64,000 bases of DNA from Clostridia bacterium (GCA_017440585.1 JAFSGW010000017.1:17401-81400), one strand, 5' to 3'; positions 1-8,760 are shown, counted from the first letter of the stretch. The notes: a model not told the origin generated them from the sequence alone. Translations and numbers: made by a program.

Positions 1-1
1 T

Positions 2-145
2 CACGAAATGGGCTTTGCAAGAGAGGTTGGCGACAGAGTTCTCTTTATGGATGGCGGTGTTATTTTGGAAGAGGGTACTCCTGATGAGATTTTCTCGAAC
101 CCCAAGCACCCCAGAACAATTGACTTTTTAAATAAGGTATTATAA
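2..145 (+). CDS. ABC transporter ATP-binding protein, C-terminal fragment (polar amino-acid GlnQ-like); 5' end lies outside window
   Basis: Open frame from window edge ending [47 protein letters not shown], typical C-terminus of amino-acid ABC ATPases; TAA at 143-145 followed by hairpin terminator. Confidence 0.7.
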   Translation, partial: HEMGFAREVGDRVLFMDGGVILEEGTPDEIFSNPKHPRTIDFLNKVL

Positions 146-150
146 TTTAT

Positions 151-180
151 AAGGCACTTACTTGTGTAGGTGCCTTTTTG
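151..180 (+). terminator. Rho-independent terminator
   Basis: AAGGCAC / GTGCCTT 7-bp stem with 12-nt loop followed by T-run. Confidence 0.7.
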
Positions 181-181
181 C

Positions 182-214
182 TTGACTATTTTTTTATAAA
201 GTGGTAAAATACCA
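182..214 (+). promoter_or_regulatory. Sigma-A type promoter (TTGACT-17-TAAAAT) with a 13-bp palindrome TGGTA-AAA-TACCA overlapping the -10
   Basis: -35 TTGACT about 182-187, 17-nt spacer, -10 TAAAAT about 205-210; perfect inverted repeat at about 202-214; about 30 nt upstream of the COG0523 start. Confidence 0.5.
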
Positions 215-243
215 TAGAATATTAAAAGAAAGAAGAATGCATT

Positions 244-1368
244 ATGACTAAGGTAAATATTATATCGGGCTTTTTGGGTGCAGGTAAGACAACCTTTATA
301 AAAAGGCTTATCGGCGAAGTGTTCAAGGGCGAAAAGCTTGTTTTAATTGAAAATGAATTTGGTGAAATAGGCGTTGACGGCGGTTTTCTGCAGGACGCGG
401 GCATTGAAATTACTGAAATGAATTCAGGCTGCATCTGCTGCAGCTTAGTTGGTGACTTTACAAAGGCACTTGAGGAAACAGTTAAAACCTATAACCCTGA
501 CAGAATTATTATTGAGCCCAGTGGCGTTGGTAAATTAAGTGACGTTATTGCCGCTGTAAACAATACAGAAAACGAAGATATTAAGGTTGACAGCTGTATT
601 ACCGTTGCAGACTGTACAAAGTGCAGAATGTACAGAAAGAACTTCGGTGAATTCTATGAGGACCAGATTTTATACTCCAACTGTGTACTTTTGACAAGAA
701 CAGACAAGGCAACAGAGGAAAAGATTGAGCAGGCAGTTGAAATAATCCGTGATATTAACAAGGATGCAAACATAATTACAACACATCTTGACTCCCTTTC
801 AAAAGAAAGCATTCTTGAGGCATTTACAAAGGGTAAGATGGAGGAGGAGCTTCTCAGCGAAGCTATGCATGCTCACAGTGAGCACGAGCATCACCATCAT
901 CACGAGCACGATGAACACTGTGACTGCGGATGCCATGAGCACGAGCATCATGAGCACCACCATCATGACCATGATGAGCACTGCGACTGCGGATGCCATG
1001 AGCACGAGCATCACCATCATGATCATGATGAACACTGCGACTGCGGATGCCATGACCACGAGCATCATGAACATCACCATCATCACCATGCTGACGAAGC
1101 CTTTACATCCTGGGGCTTTGAAACTGTTAAGAAGTACACTAAAGAAGAAATCGAAAATATACTTACAGAGCTTGACGGCGGTGAATACGGCATGATTTTA
1201 CGCTCAAAGGGTATGCTGCAGTCTCCTGACGGAGGATGGGTATACTTTGACTATGTTCCTCAGGAGCACGATATAAGAGAAGGCAGTGCATGCTATACAG
1301 GTAAGGTTTGTGTAATTGGTGCAGAGCTTTGTGAAGAAAAGCTCGGTGAGCTCTTTAAGAGAGGTTGA
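244..1368 (+). CDS. COG0523 (CobW/YeiR/ZigA family) G3E GTPase metallochaperone with His/Cys-rich insertion
   Basis: Walker A GFLGAGKTT, CxCC metal motif GCICCS, C-terminal CobW_C-like region; about 70-aa insertion HEHHHHHEHDEHCDCGCHEHEHH... with the CDCGC unit repeated three times; RBS AAAGAAAGAAG upstream. Confidence 0.85.
   Translation: MTKVNIISGFLGAGKTTFIKRLIGEVFKGEKLVLIENEFGEIGVDGGFLQDAGIEITEMNSGCICCSLVGDFTKALEETVKTYNPDRIIIEPSGVGKLSDVIAAVNNTENEDIKVDSCITVADCTKCRMYRKNFGEFYEDQILYSNCVLLTRTDKATEEKIEQAVEIIRDINKDANIITTHLDSLSKESILEAFTKGKMEEELLSEAMHAHSEHEHHHHHEHDEHCDCGCHEHEHHEHHHHDHDEHCDCGCHEHEHHHHDHDEHCDCGCHDHEHHEHHHHHHADEAFTSWGFETVKKYTKEEIENILTELDGGEYGMILRSKGMLQSPDGGWVYFDYVPQEHDIREGSACYTGKVCVIGAELCEEKLGELFKRG
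880..1092 (+). repeat. In-frame tandem DNA repeat (units of about 57/63/54 nt plus a partial unit) encoding His/Cys modules
   Basis: gagcacgagcatca...tgcgactgcggatgccat repeated three times with small indels inside CDS 244..1368. Confidence 0.8.
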
Positions 1369-2306
1369 TTGAAATGTTCGGACAGAAAAAAGTTCCCGTT
1401 TTTATAATTAACGGATTTCTGGAAAGCGGTAAAACAACGTTTATCAGAAATGCAATAGTGCAGGACCCTAAAATGCAGCGTGAAAAGGTGCTTCTTATTG
1501 TGTGCGAAGAGGGCGAGGTTGAGTTTGAAAACCTTCCCGACAACATGAAGGTTCACTATATCGATTCAAAGGAAGACGTGAGAAGCGACGTTTTCGGAAA
1601 GCTGAACGAAAAGTATAAGCCCACCTTTGTTATTATTGAATATAACGGCGTTTGGGGCATGCAGACACTTTATCAGACACCTATGCCCAAGACCTGGGGT
1701 CTGGCTGACCAGATGACGATTGTTGATGCCACAACCTTTGAAACCTATTTTAACAACATGAAGAGCATTTTTGCAGACATGCTCCGCTCTTCAACCTCTG
1801 TTATAATGAACCGTTGTACAAGAGAGGACAACTTCAAGTTTTATAAGGACTCCATCAAGCGTACATCACCTCAGTGCGAAATTATGTATGTGAGCGATGT
1901 AGAGGGTATACTTGATATTATGCTTGAGGAGGATTTGCCCTACAGCCTTACAGACAGTGTGATTGTGCTTGATAAGGACACCTATGTAACATGGTATATT
2001 GACATGATTGACAATCCCGACCGCTACGAGGGTAAGGTTGTGGAATACATTGCTCAGGCGGCACGACCTGATTATTTCAGAAAGGGCTATTTCCTTACGG
2101 GTAACATGGTTATGACCTGCTGCGAGGATGATATGCAGTTTTTGGGCTTTGTGTGCAAGTATGACAAGGCTGAAATGGTTGAGGAGGGCGGCTATGTAAG
2201 AGTGAGAGCTGAAATCCACACAGAAAGTGCTCCCGAGTACGATGAAGAGGCAGGTCCCGTGCTTCACGCTTTAAGTGTTGCACCGGTGGCAAGACCTAAA
2301 AAATAA
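1365..2306 (+). CDS. COG0523-family GTPase paralogue lacking the CxCC motif
   Basis: Walker A GFLESGKTT; position equivalent to CxCC reads LIVCEEGE; ATGA start/stop overlap with upstream paralogue indicates translational coupling. Confidence 0.75.
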   Translation: MIEMFGQKKVPVFIINGFLESGKTTFIRNAIVQDPKMQREKVLLIVCEEGEVEFENLPDNMKVHYIDSKEDVRSDVFGKLNEKYKPTFVIIEYNGVWGMQTLYQTPMPKTWGLADQMTIVDATTFETYFNNMKSIFADMLRSSTSVIMNRCTREDNFKFYKDSIKRTSPQCEIMYVSDVEGILDIMLEEDLPYSLTDSVIVLDKDTYVTWYIDMIDNPDRYEGKVVEYIAQAARPDYFRKGYFLTGNMVMTCCEDDMQFLGFVCKYDKAEMVEEGGYVRVRAEIHTESAPEYDEEAGPVLHALSVAPVARPKK

Positions 2307-2356
2307 GAATAATATAAAACAAGATGCCCATAATAACCATAGAATGGAGGAGTTCG

Positions 2357-2710
2357 ATGGATTATTTACGGGCATTTTTAGTTGGCGGAGCATTTTGCGC
2401 CATAGGACAGATACTGATTGATAAAACACGCCTTACGCCTGCAAGGATACTGACGGGGTTTGTTTGTGCAGGGGTAATACTTTCGCTTATAGGTGTATAT
2501 GAGCCCTTAGCCGATTTTGCAGGGGCAGGTGCAAGCGTGCCTCTCACGGGCTTTGGGCATAATCTGTTCCTTGGTGTGAAGGAGGGCATCCGTGAAAACG
2601 GCATTTTAGGTATACTGACGGGGCCACTTACAGCAGCATCGGGAGGGATATGTGCTGTTGTGGTTTTTGCTCTTATTGCAGCTTTTGTGTCGAAGCCTAA
2701 GATGAAGTAA
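2357..2710 (+). CDS. SpoVAC/SpoVAEB-family small membrane protein (stage V sporulation protein A component)
   Basis: About 117 aa, 3-4 TM segments, motifs GAFCAIGQIL, VCAGVILS, AGAGASVPLTGFGH characteristic of the SpoVAC/SpoVAEB family; GGAGG RBS 8 nt upstream of ATG 2357. Confidence 0.55.
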   Translation: MDYLRAFLVGGAFCAIGQILIDKTRLTPARILTGFVCAGVILSLIGVYEPLADFAGAGASVPLTGFGHNLFLGVKEGIRENGILGILTGPLTAASGGICAVVVFALIAAFVSKPKMK

Positions 2711-2738
2711 AGAGTTTTGGGGAAAATGCAATATTTAG

Positions 2739-2767
2739 TTGAAAAGAAAAGTGAGATATGATACAAT
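2739..2767 (+). promoter_or_regulatory. Sigma-A type promoter upstream of ldh (TTGAAA-17-TACAAT)
   Basis: Consensus-like hexamers with 17-nt spacer about 50 nt upstream of the ldh start. Confidence 0.45.
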
Positions 2768-2818
2768 ATATTGAGTGAAGTTATGGGCATATATCACTCT
2801 ACAGAAAGGTATGATGAC

Positions 2819-3751
2819 ATGAAAAGAGAAAAATGCGTTGTAATAGGAAGCGGATTTGTAGGCTCAACAATTGCATATACACTGGCAATCAAGGGAATTT
2901 TCGATGACCTTGCAATTATAGATATAAACCAGGACAAAGCAGAGGGTGATGCCATTGACATCAGCCATGGCGGTGCTTTTGTAAAGCCTGTACAGATTTC
3001 CTCGGGCGATTATAAGCTTTGTAAGGGTGCAGACGTTATTATTATAACTGCAGGCGTTGCACAGAAGCAGGGTGAAACACGACTTGACCTTTTACAGAGA
3101 AATATTGCAGTTTTCAAAAACATAACCGATAACATAAAGGCAGCGGTTGACAACGAGCCCATAGTTATGGTTGTTTCCAACCCGGTTGACATTTTAACCT
3201 ATATTACATGGAAAATGCTCGGTTTTTCCAAAAACAAGGTGTTTGGTTCCGGCACTGTGCTTGACACATCGAGAATGAAATATCTTTTGGGTAAAACAGC
3301 GGGCATTGACGTGAGAAATGTTCACACCTATGTAATAGGTGAGCACGGCGACAGCTCTGTTGCAGCATGGAGCAGTACAACAATTGCAGGCTTAAGCCCT
3401 GAACAGTTCAATCTTCGCCATCCTGAGGTTAACCTTTTAGGCTTACCCCACCAGGTTAAGGAAGCGGCTTATGACGTTATTGATAAAAAGGGTGCAACCT
3501 ACTATGCCATTGCACTTGCAGTTGCGAGAATCTGTGAGGCACTTACCGGGGATGAAAGGTCTGTTTTGACAGTTTCGCCCATCCTTGAGGGTGAATACGG
3601 TATGAACGGTATTGCTCTTTCAGTGCCCTGCATTGTTGGTGTTAACGGCGTGGAAGAAATTATTGAGCTTGACCTGAGCGATATTGAAATGCAGGGGCTT
3701 AAGCAGAGCAGTGAAATTATGTCGAAGCTTTTGAGAGAAGCGGGGTTCTGA
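2819..3751 (+). CDS. ldh: L-lactate dehydrogenase
   Basis: N-terminal Rossmann KCVVIGSGFVGST, LDH/MDH-family motifs (DLAIIDIN, ITAGVAQKQGETRLDL, substrate loop); start chosen at MKREK with RBS GAAAGG; an alternative start exists at 2771 or 2783. Confidence 0.85.
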   Translation: MKREKCVVIGSGFVGSTIAYTLAIKGIFDDLAIIDINQDKAEGDAIDISHGGAFVKPVQISSGDYKLCKGADVIIITAGVAQKQGETRLDLLQRNIAVFKNITDNIKAAVDNEPIVMVVSNPVDILTYITWKMLGFSKNKVFGSGTVLDTSRMKYLLGKTAGIDVRNVHTYVIGEHGDSSVAAWSSTTIAGLSPEQFNLRHPEVNLLGLPHQVKEAAYDVIDKKGATYYAIALAVARICEALTGDERSVLTVSPILEGEYGMNGIALSVPCIVGVNGVEEIIELDLSDIEMQGLKQSSEIMSKLLREAGF

Positions 3752-3771
3752 TTGGAAGGAAGTAGTGCATT

Positions 3772-4587
3772 TTGGCAGAGAGCATAGCACGTTTTATAAA
3801 AAAAATAGCGTTAGCGCTATTTTACATATTGATTTATTTTGCCTTTCTTCATCTTTTGTTCGGACAGGTTGAGTTTCTGGAAGAGGATGCCGAAAACTAC
3901 GGTGAGCTTGTAACTATACTTGCATCGGTAGCATCAATGGCGGTTTATCTTGTGATTCTGTACTTAAGAGAAGTAAAGGTTACGAGGTACATTAAAATTA
4001 AAAATGTAACCCTTCTTGATGCGGTACTGGCACTTATGCTTGCTTTCGGATACCGTATACTGACAGGTGCATACCTGATGTGGTCTGCGGATAATGTGCC
4101 TATGCTTCAAAGGTCCTTAGAGGGGGCACAGAGCGGTTATAATTTAAACACAATGACAACCCTTGGGATAGTAAGTGTGGTTGTTTCTGTGTGCATTGTG
4201 GCACCAATTTTTGAAGAAGTGCTTTTCAGAGGGCTAATACTTGGTGAGCTTAAGAGAGCTATGCCCGACGGCTTTGCAATTGTGCTGCAGGCGGTGCTTT
4301 TCGGCCTGGCTCATGCTGTGCTTGCACAGTCAATTTTTGCTATGGTGTATGCTCTTATTTTAGGTGTACTTTACCTTAGGGTGAAAAATATAGCTGTTGT
4401 AATTTTAGCACATGTGTTTTTCAATATAAGCAGTGTGCTTGAAGTTAAAAATGCAGATATGATAAATCAGATGTTTGTGACGGGTCTTTTACTGACCATG
4501 TCATCCATAGTGATTTTCTTTTACATTTACAAAAGAAAAAAGCCTGCTTCGACAGCAGAAATTACGGGAGGCAATATCAATGTTTGA
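3772..4587 (+). CDS. CPBP (CAAX) family intramembrane metalloprotease
   Basis: Multi-TM protein with EEVLFRG, FGLAHA and HVFFN motifs of the Abi/CPBP family. Confidence 0.7.
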   Translation: MAESIARFIKKIALALFYILIYFAFLHLLFGQVEFLEEDAENYGELVTILASVASMAVYLVILYLREVKVTRYIKIKNVTLLDAVLALMLAFGYRILTGAYLMWSADNVPMLQRSLEGAQSGYNLNTMTTLGIVSVVVSVCIVAPIFEEVLFRGLILGELKRAMPDGFAIVLQAVLFGLAHAVLAQSIFAMVYALILGVLYLRVKNIAVVILAHVFFNISSVLEVKNADMINQMFVTGLLLTMSSIVIFFYIYKRKKPASTAEITGGNINV

Positions 4588-4978
4588 AGAAAAAAGAACT
4601 AAAACACAGGTAAGAATAGGCAGGGTGGATTATGTTATATCCTCCACAGCCGATGAAGCATATGTAAAGAACGTTGCAGAATATGTTGACAATAAGCTTA
4701 ACGAGCTTACAAGAAGCGACAGAAGGCTTTCCAACGTGATGGCGGCAATTCTTACTGCGGTTAACACAGCAGACGAGCTTTTCCGCTCAAGGGAGGACGG
4801 CGAAACACTTCGCGGTCAGCTGTTGCAGTATGCCGATGAAGCAGGTGCGCTTAAGGCACTTACACAGAAGCTTCAGGCGGAAAACAAGCGTCTTACAGAT
4901 GAAAATAATGCTCTCAAGGGTCAGAATGCAAGGCTTGAAGGTGAGCTTAAGCAGTACAGAAGGAACGGAAGACGATGA
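4580..4978 (+). CDS. zapA: Cell division protein ZapA
   Basis: KTQVRIGRVDYVISS...LSNVMAAILTAVNTADELF matches the ZapA core; C-terminal coiled coil. Confidence 0.7.
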   Translation: MFEEKRTKTQVRIGRVDYVISSTADEAYVKNVAEYVDNKLNELTRSDRRLSNVMAAILTAVNTADELFRSREDGETLRGQLLQYADEAGALKALTQKLQAENKRLTDENNALKGQNARLEGELKQYRRNGRR

Positions 4979-7047
4979 GGAAAATAGAGCTCCTGGCACC
5001 TGCAGGCGGAGTTGAGGCTTTGCATGCAGCAGTGCAGAATGGAGCAGATGCCGTATATTTAGGTGAAAAAAGCTTCAGTGCGAGGCAAAGTGCGGCTAAT
5101 TTTACCCAAAGTGAGCTTCACGAGGCTGTAAGGTATGCCCATGAAAGAGATGTGGCTGTTTACCTTGCAATGAATACACTCGTTAATAAAAACGAGCTTC
5201 CTCTGTTTGAAAAGGGCGTTGCCATGGCGGCAGAGTGCGGTGTTGATGCACTTATTGTGCAGGACTTCGGCTGTGCGGAAATGGCGAGAAGCATTTGCCC
5301 TGAATTACCCATTCATGCAAGCACACAGATGAGTGCACATAATGAGAAGGATGTTGAATATCTTTTAAAGAGGGGCTTTTCCCGCATTGTGCTTGCCCGT
5401 GAGCTTGAAATGGAGGAAATTGAAAGTATATATAAAAACACAAGAGCATCCCTTGAGGTATTTGTTCACGGGGCTTTGTGTGTATGTGTATCGGGCCAGT
5501 GCCTTATGAGCTCCTTTATAGGGGGAAGAAGCGGCAACCGTGGTCGCTGTGCACAGCCCTGCAGACAGCTTTATTCCTCGGAGGGCAGAAAGGGTTATCT
5601 TTTAAGTCCGAGGGATTTATGCCTTATTGACGAGCTGGATACCTTAAAGAGGATAGGTGTTGACTCTTTAAAGATTGAGGGCAGAATGAAAAGCCCTGAG
5701 TATGTGGCAACGGTTACGGGAATGTACAGAAAATACCTTGATAACCCCAAAAAGGTATCGGGCGAGGATATAGAGGCTTTGAAGAGGATTTTTGTTCGTG
5801 GTGACGGTTTTACAAAGGCATATTTTGCCCATGTAAACACCCCGGATATGATGAATTATTCTCTTTCAAATGACGGTATTTCCTACAGAAGTGACAAGGA
5901 TATACTGAAATTGGCACAATCAACCTACCGTGAAGGGGTTGAAAACAAAAAGGTGTCTGTAACGGGCTACTTAAGGATGAGAGATGGCGAGGAAACGATG
6001 CTTGTGCTCTCAGACGGGGTAAACAGTGCAACAAGCTACACTGCTGTTCCCGAAAAGGCGATTAACAGACCTCTTTCAGAGGTTGACCTTCAGGAGCGTA
6101 TAGGCAAAATGGGGCAGACACCCTTCCGCCTTGAATATCTTGAGTGCGATATGGATAATGACCTTATCTTGAGTGCAAAGGATATAAATGCCTTAAGGCG
6201 TGACTGCACAGATGCTTTACTTGCAATGCGGGGAAAGGTTGAAGAGAAGAGTGTTACAGCCTTTGACTATGAATACACAAAAAGAAAGCGGGACGGATAT
6301 AAGCTGTCTGTCAGTATAATGGATGAAAAACAGCTTGAAGGCTGTAAGGCTGCCGATTTTGTTTATATGCCTCTTCATATTTTTGAAAAGGTAGAAAAGA
6401 AGGATAACTACATTGTTGAGCTTCCGAAGGTGACCTATGATGTTACAGCATACATTGACCGCCTTAAACAGTGCGGAGCAAAGAGGGTTGCAGCATCCAC
6501 CTACGGCACAGCAAAGGAATTGATAAAGGCGGGCTTTGAATGCATAGGCAACTATGGACTTAATGTTTATAATGCCCTGAGTGCCTGTGAATATGCCCGT
6601 GAAGGCATAGGTCATATAACACTTTCGCCTGAGCTTACGGCTGATGAAATAAGGGAAATTACAAATAATACAGATGCTTTCTGTGAGGTCCTTGTGTACG
6701 GCAGGCAGATGATGATGACAACAAGAGCATGTCTTATAAAGGGCGTACGCAGAAAGTGTGACTGTGAAAAAGAATTAAGGCTCACCGACAAAACGGGTGC
6801 AACATTCCTTGTATATTCCGATAAGTGCGAGCATATAAATGCTGTTTACAACACTGCGGTAACCTTTATGGCAGATAAAAAGCATGTGCTCAACAGCCTG
6901 GGTGTTGATTGCATAAGGCTTGTATTTACGGATGAAACAAAGGATGAGGTAAAAAAAATTATTGCCATGTATAATGGTACGACAGAAATTGAGCTTCCGA
7001 AGAGCTTTACGCGAGGTTATTTTTCCAATGCAGGAAAAAACAGATAG
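4975..7047 (+). CDS. Peptidase U32 family protein (collagenase-like) with C-terminal DUF3656-like extension
   Basis: MRKIELLAPAGGVEALHAAVQNGADAVYLG, the E-x-Cx4-C region (VHGALCVCVSGQCLMS) and RCAQPCR are typical of U32; ATGA overlap with zapA. Confidence 0.8.
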   Translation: MRKIELLAPAGGVEALHAAVQNGADAVYLGEKSFSARQSAANFTQSELHEAVRYAHERDVAVYLAMNTLVNKNELPLFEKGVAMAAECGVDALIVQDFGCAEMARSICPELPIHASTQMSAHNEKDVEYLLKRGFSRIVLARELEMEEIESIYKNTRASLEVFVHGALCVCVSGQCLMSSFIGGRSGNRGRCAQPCRQLYSSEGRKGYLLSPRDLCLIDELDTLKRIGVDSLKIEGRMKSPEYVATVTGMYRKYLDNPKKVSGEDIEALKRIFVRGDGFTKAYFAHVNTPDMMNYSLSNDGISYRSDKDILKLAQSTYREGVENKKVSVTGYLRMRDGEETMLVLSDGVNSATSYTAVPEKAINRPLSEVDLQERIGKMGQTPFRLEYLECDMDNDLILSAKDINALRRDCTDALLAMRGKVEEKSVTAFDYEYTKRKRDGYKLSVSIMDEKQLEGCKAADFVYMPLHIFEKVEKKDNYIVELPKVTYDVTAYIDRLKQCGAKRVAASTYGTAKELIKAGFECIGNYGLNVYNALSACEYAREGIGHITLSPELTADEIREITNNTDAFCEVLVYGRQMMMTTRACLIKGVRRKCDCEKELRLTDKTGATFLVYSDKCEHINAVYNTAVTFMADKKHVLNSLGVDCIRLVFTDETKDEVKKIIAMYNGTTEIELPKSFTRGYFSNAGKNR

Positions 7048-7061
7048 AGAGGGAGATAGTA

Positions 7062-8411
7062 ATGGGAAGATTGTTTGGTACTGATGGTGTTCGCGGTGTT
7101 GCGAATGAGCTTCTTACAAGCGAGCTTGCTTCAAAAATAGGAAAGGCAGGAGCGTGGGTGCTGTCAGGCGGCAGTGAACACAAGGTTAAGATTCTTATTG
7201 GCAGAGACACCAGAATTTCCGGACAGATGCTTGAGGCTGCATTAACGGCAGGCATTTGCTCTGTTGGTGCAGATGTTTACATACTTGGTGTTGCTCCTAC
7301 ACCTGCAGTGGCTTTCCTTACAAAAAAGTATGGCTTCGATGCAGGCGTGGTGGTGAGTGCATCCCACAACAGCTTTGAATTTAACGGCATTAAGTTTTTT
7401 GACAAAACGGGCTATAAGCTTCCCGATGAAACAGAAAACGAAATTGAAGCATATATTTTAGGCGAAAAGGATGGCATTCCCACACCTTCGGGCGAAAAGG
7501 TCGGCTGTGTGTATGATTTTTCGCATAAGCTTGACGACTATGTTGAAAAGGCTGTAAGCACAGCACCCTGCAATTTTGAAGGTAAGTTCTTTGTGCTTGA
7601 CTGTGCAAACGGTGCCTCGGTAGGCACTGCGAAGAAAGCCTTTGAAGCCCTTGGTGCACGTGTTGAGGTATTATCCTGTGAGCCTGACGGAGTTAACATC
7701 AACGACAACTGTGGCTCCACACATATGGAAAACCTTGCAGAAAAGGTAAAGGAGCTTAAGGCAGATGCAGGCTTTGCCTTTGACGGTGATGCTGACAGAA
7801 TGCTTGCTGTTGACGAAGAAGGTAACATTGTTGACGGTGACTGCATAATGGCAATCTGTGCCAACAACATGAAGAAAAAGGGCACACTTAAAAACAACAC
7901 CCTTGTGGCGACAGTTATGAGTAACCTTGGCTTATTCATAATGGGCGAAAAATACGGAATAGATGTTTTAAAAACCAAAGTTGGTGACAGATATGTGCTT
8001 GAAGAAATGCTCAGGGGCGGTCATTCAATCGGTGGTGAGCAGTCAGGTCACGTTATTTTCCTTGACCATAACACAACGGGTGACGGTCTGGTAAGTGCTA
8101 TTGCCCTTGCATCTGTTATGTGTGAAGAGGGTAAGTCTCTCTCTGAGCTTACAAAAATTATCGACATTTATCCTCAGGTGCTTAAAAATGCACGTGTTGC
8201 AAAGAGCGGTGACAATTCCTACAGCGAGGACGAGGTGATTATGGCTTCCATTGCTGCATTGGAGGAGAAGTTCTCCGGTGAAGGAAGAGTGCTTATACGC
8301 CCCTCGGGAACAGAGCCTCTTGTAAGGGTAATGATTGAAGGCAAGAACCAGGAAGAAATTACACGTGATGCCGAAGAGTTGGCAAAGCTTATTGAAGAGA
8401 GGCTGTCCTGA
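7062..8411 (+). CDS. glmM: Phosphoglucosamine mutase
   Basis: MGRLFGTDGVRGVAN, active-site SASHN, phosphohexomutase domains; 449 aa. Confidence 0.9.
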   Translation: MGRLFGTDGVRGVANELLTSELASKIGKAGAWVLSGGSEHKVKILIGRDTRISGQMLEAALTAGICSVGADVYILGVAPTPAVAFLTKKYGFDAGVVVSASHNSFEFNGIKFFDKTGYKLPDETENEIEAYILGEKDGIPTPSGEKVGCVYDFSHKLDDYVEKAVSTAPCNFEGKFFVLDCANGASVGTAKKAFEALGARVEVLSCEPDGVNINDNCGSTHMENLAEKVKELKADAGFAFDGDADRMLAVDEEGNIVDGDCIMAICANNMKKKGTLKNNTLVATVMSNLGLFIMGEKYGIDVLKTKVGDRYVLEEMLRGGHSIGGEQSGHVIFLDHNTTGDGLVSAIALASVMCEEGKSLSELTKIIDIYPQVLKNARVAKSGDNSYSEDEVIMASIAALEEKFSGEGRVLIRPSGTEPLVRVMIEGKNQEEITRDAEELAKLIEERLS

Positions 8412-8575
8412 TGGAACCCAAGGATTACATAATAGTTAAAATTGAAGGCGATTATGCCACACTTAAAGATGTGGAAACGGGCGGTGAGCTTTTTATAGCC
8501 ATGGCACTGTTGCCACCGGGCTGTGACATAGGAACAAAGCTTCATTATGAGTTGTTTGAATATTCGGTTATGTAA
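8411..8575 (+). CDS. Small hypothetical protein (DUF3006-like), translationally coupled to glmM
   Basis: 54-aa ORF starting at the TGATG stop/start overlap; sequence YIIVKIEGDYATLKDVETGGELFIAMALLPPGCDIGTKL resembles DUF3006 proteins. Confidence 0.4.
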   Translation: MEPKDYIIVKIEGDYATLKDVETGGELFIAMALLPPGCDIGTKLHYELFEYSVM

Positions 8576-8605
8576 AGGGTTAAAATATTGTTGGAGGTGA
8601 TTGTA

Positions 8606-8725
8606 GTGAACCAGAAGAACAATCAGAACAACAATAACAATAACCAGCAGAACCAGAATAACCAGAACAACAAGCAGCAGAAGGAAAACAACAAGCAGCA
8701 GAAGCAGAATAACAAGAGTCTTTAA
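8606..8725 (+). CDS. Asn/Gln-rich micro-ORF (about 39 aa), hypothetical
   Basis: GGAGGTG RBS 5 nt upstream of GTG; encodes VNQKNNQNNNNNNQQNQNNQNNKQQKENNKQQKQNNKSL; ends just before a strong hairpin terminator. Confidence 0.3.
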   Translation: MNQKNNQNNNNNNQQNQNNQNNKQQKENNKQQKQNNKSL

Positions 8726-8730
8726 ATAAG

Positions 8731-8760
8731 AAAAGCCCTCGGGTATCCCGAGGGCTTTTC
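8731..8760. terminator. Bidirectional rho-independent terminator
   Basis: AAAAGCCCTCGGG / CCCGAGGGCTTTT stem with tetraloop, between the convergent micro-ORF and TetR gene. Confidence 0.8.

Noticed and set aside
202-214. Palindrome as a CcpA cre site
   Set aside because: It lacks the central CG of the cre consensus.
788-1195. ORFs 788..1195 (+) and 799..1089 (-) of 135 and 96 aa, with Met/Thr/Val-rich low-complexity translations
   Set aside because: Frame-shifted or antisense readings of the His/Cys codon repeats inside the COG0523 gene. They have no RBS and no independent support.
2769-2800. GTGAA...TCAC half-sites upstream of ldh as a possible Rex box
   Set aside because: The 15-nt spacing between the half-sites is incompatible with the TTGTGAA-N4-TTCACAA consensus.
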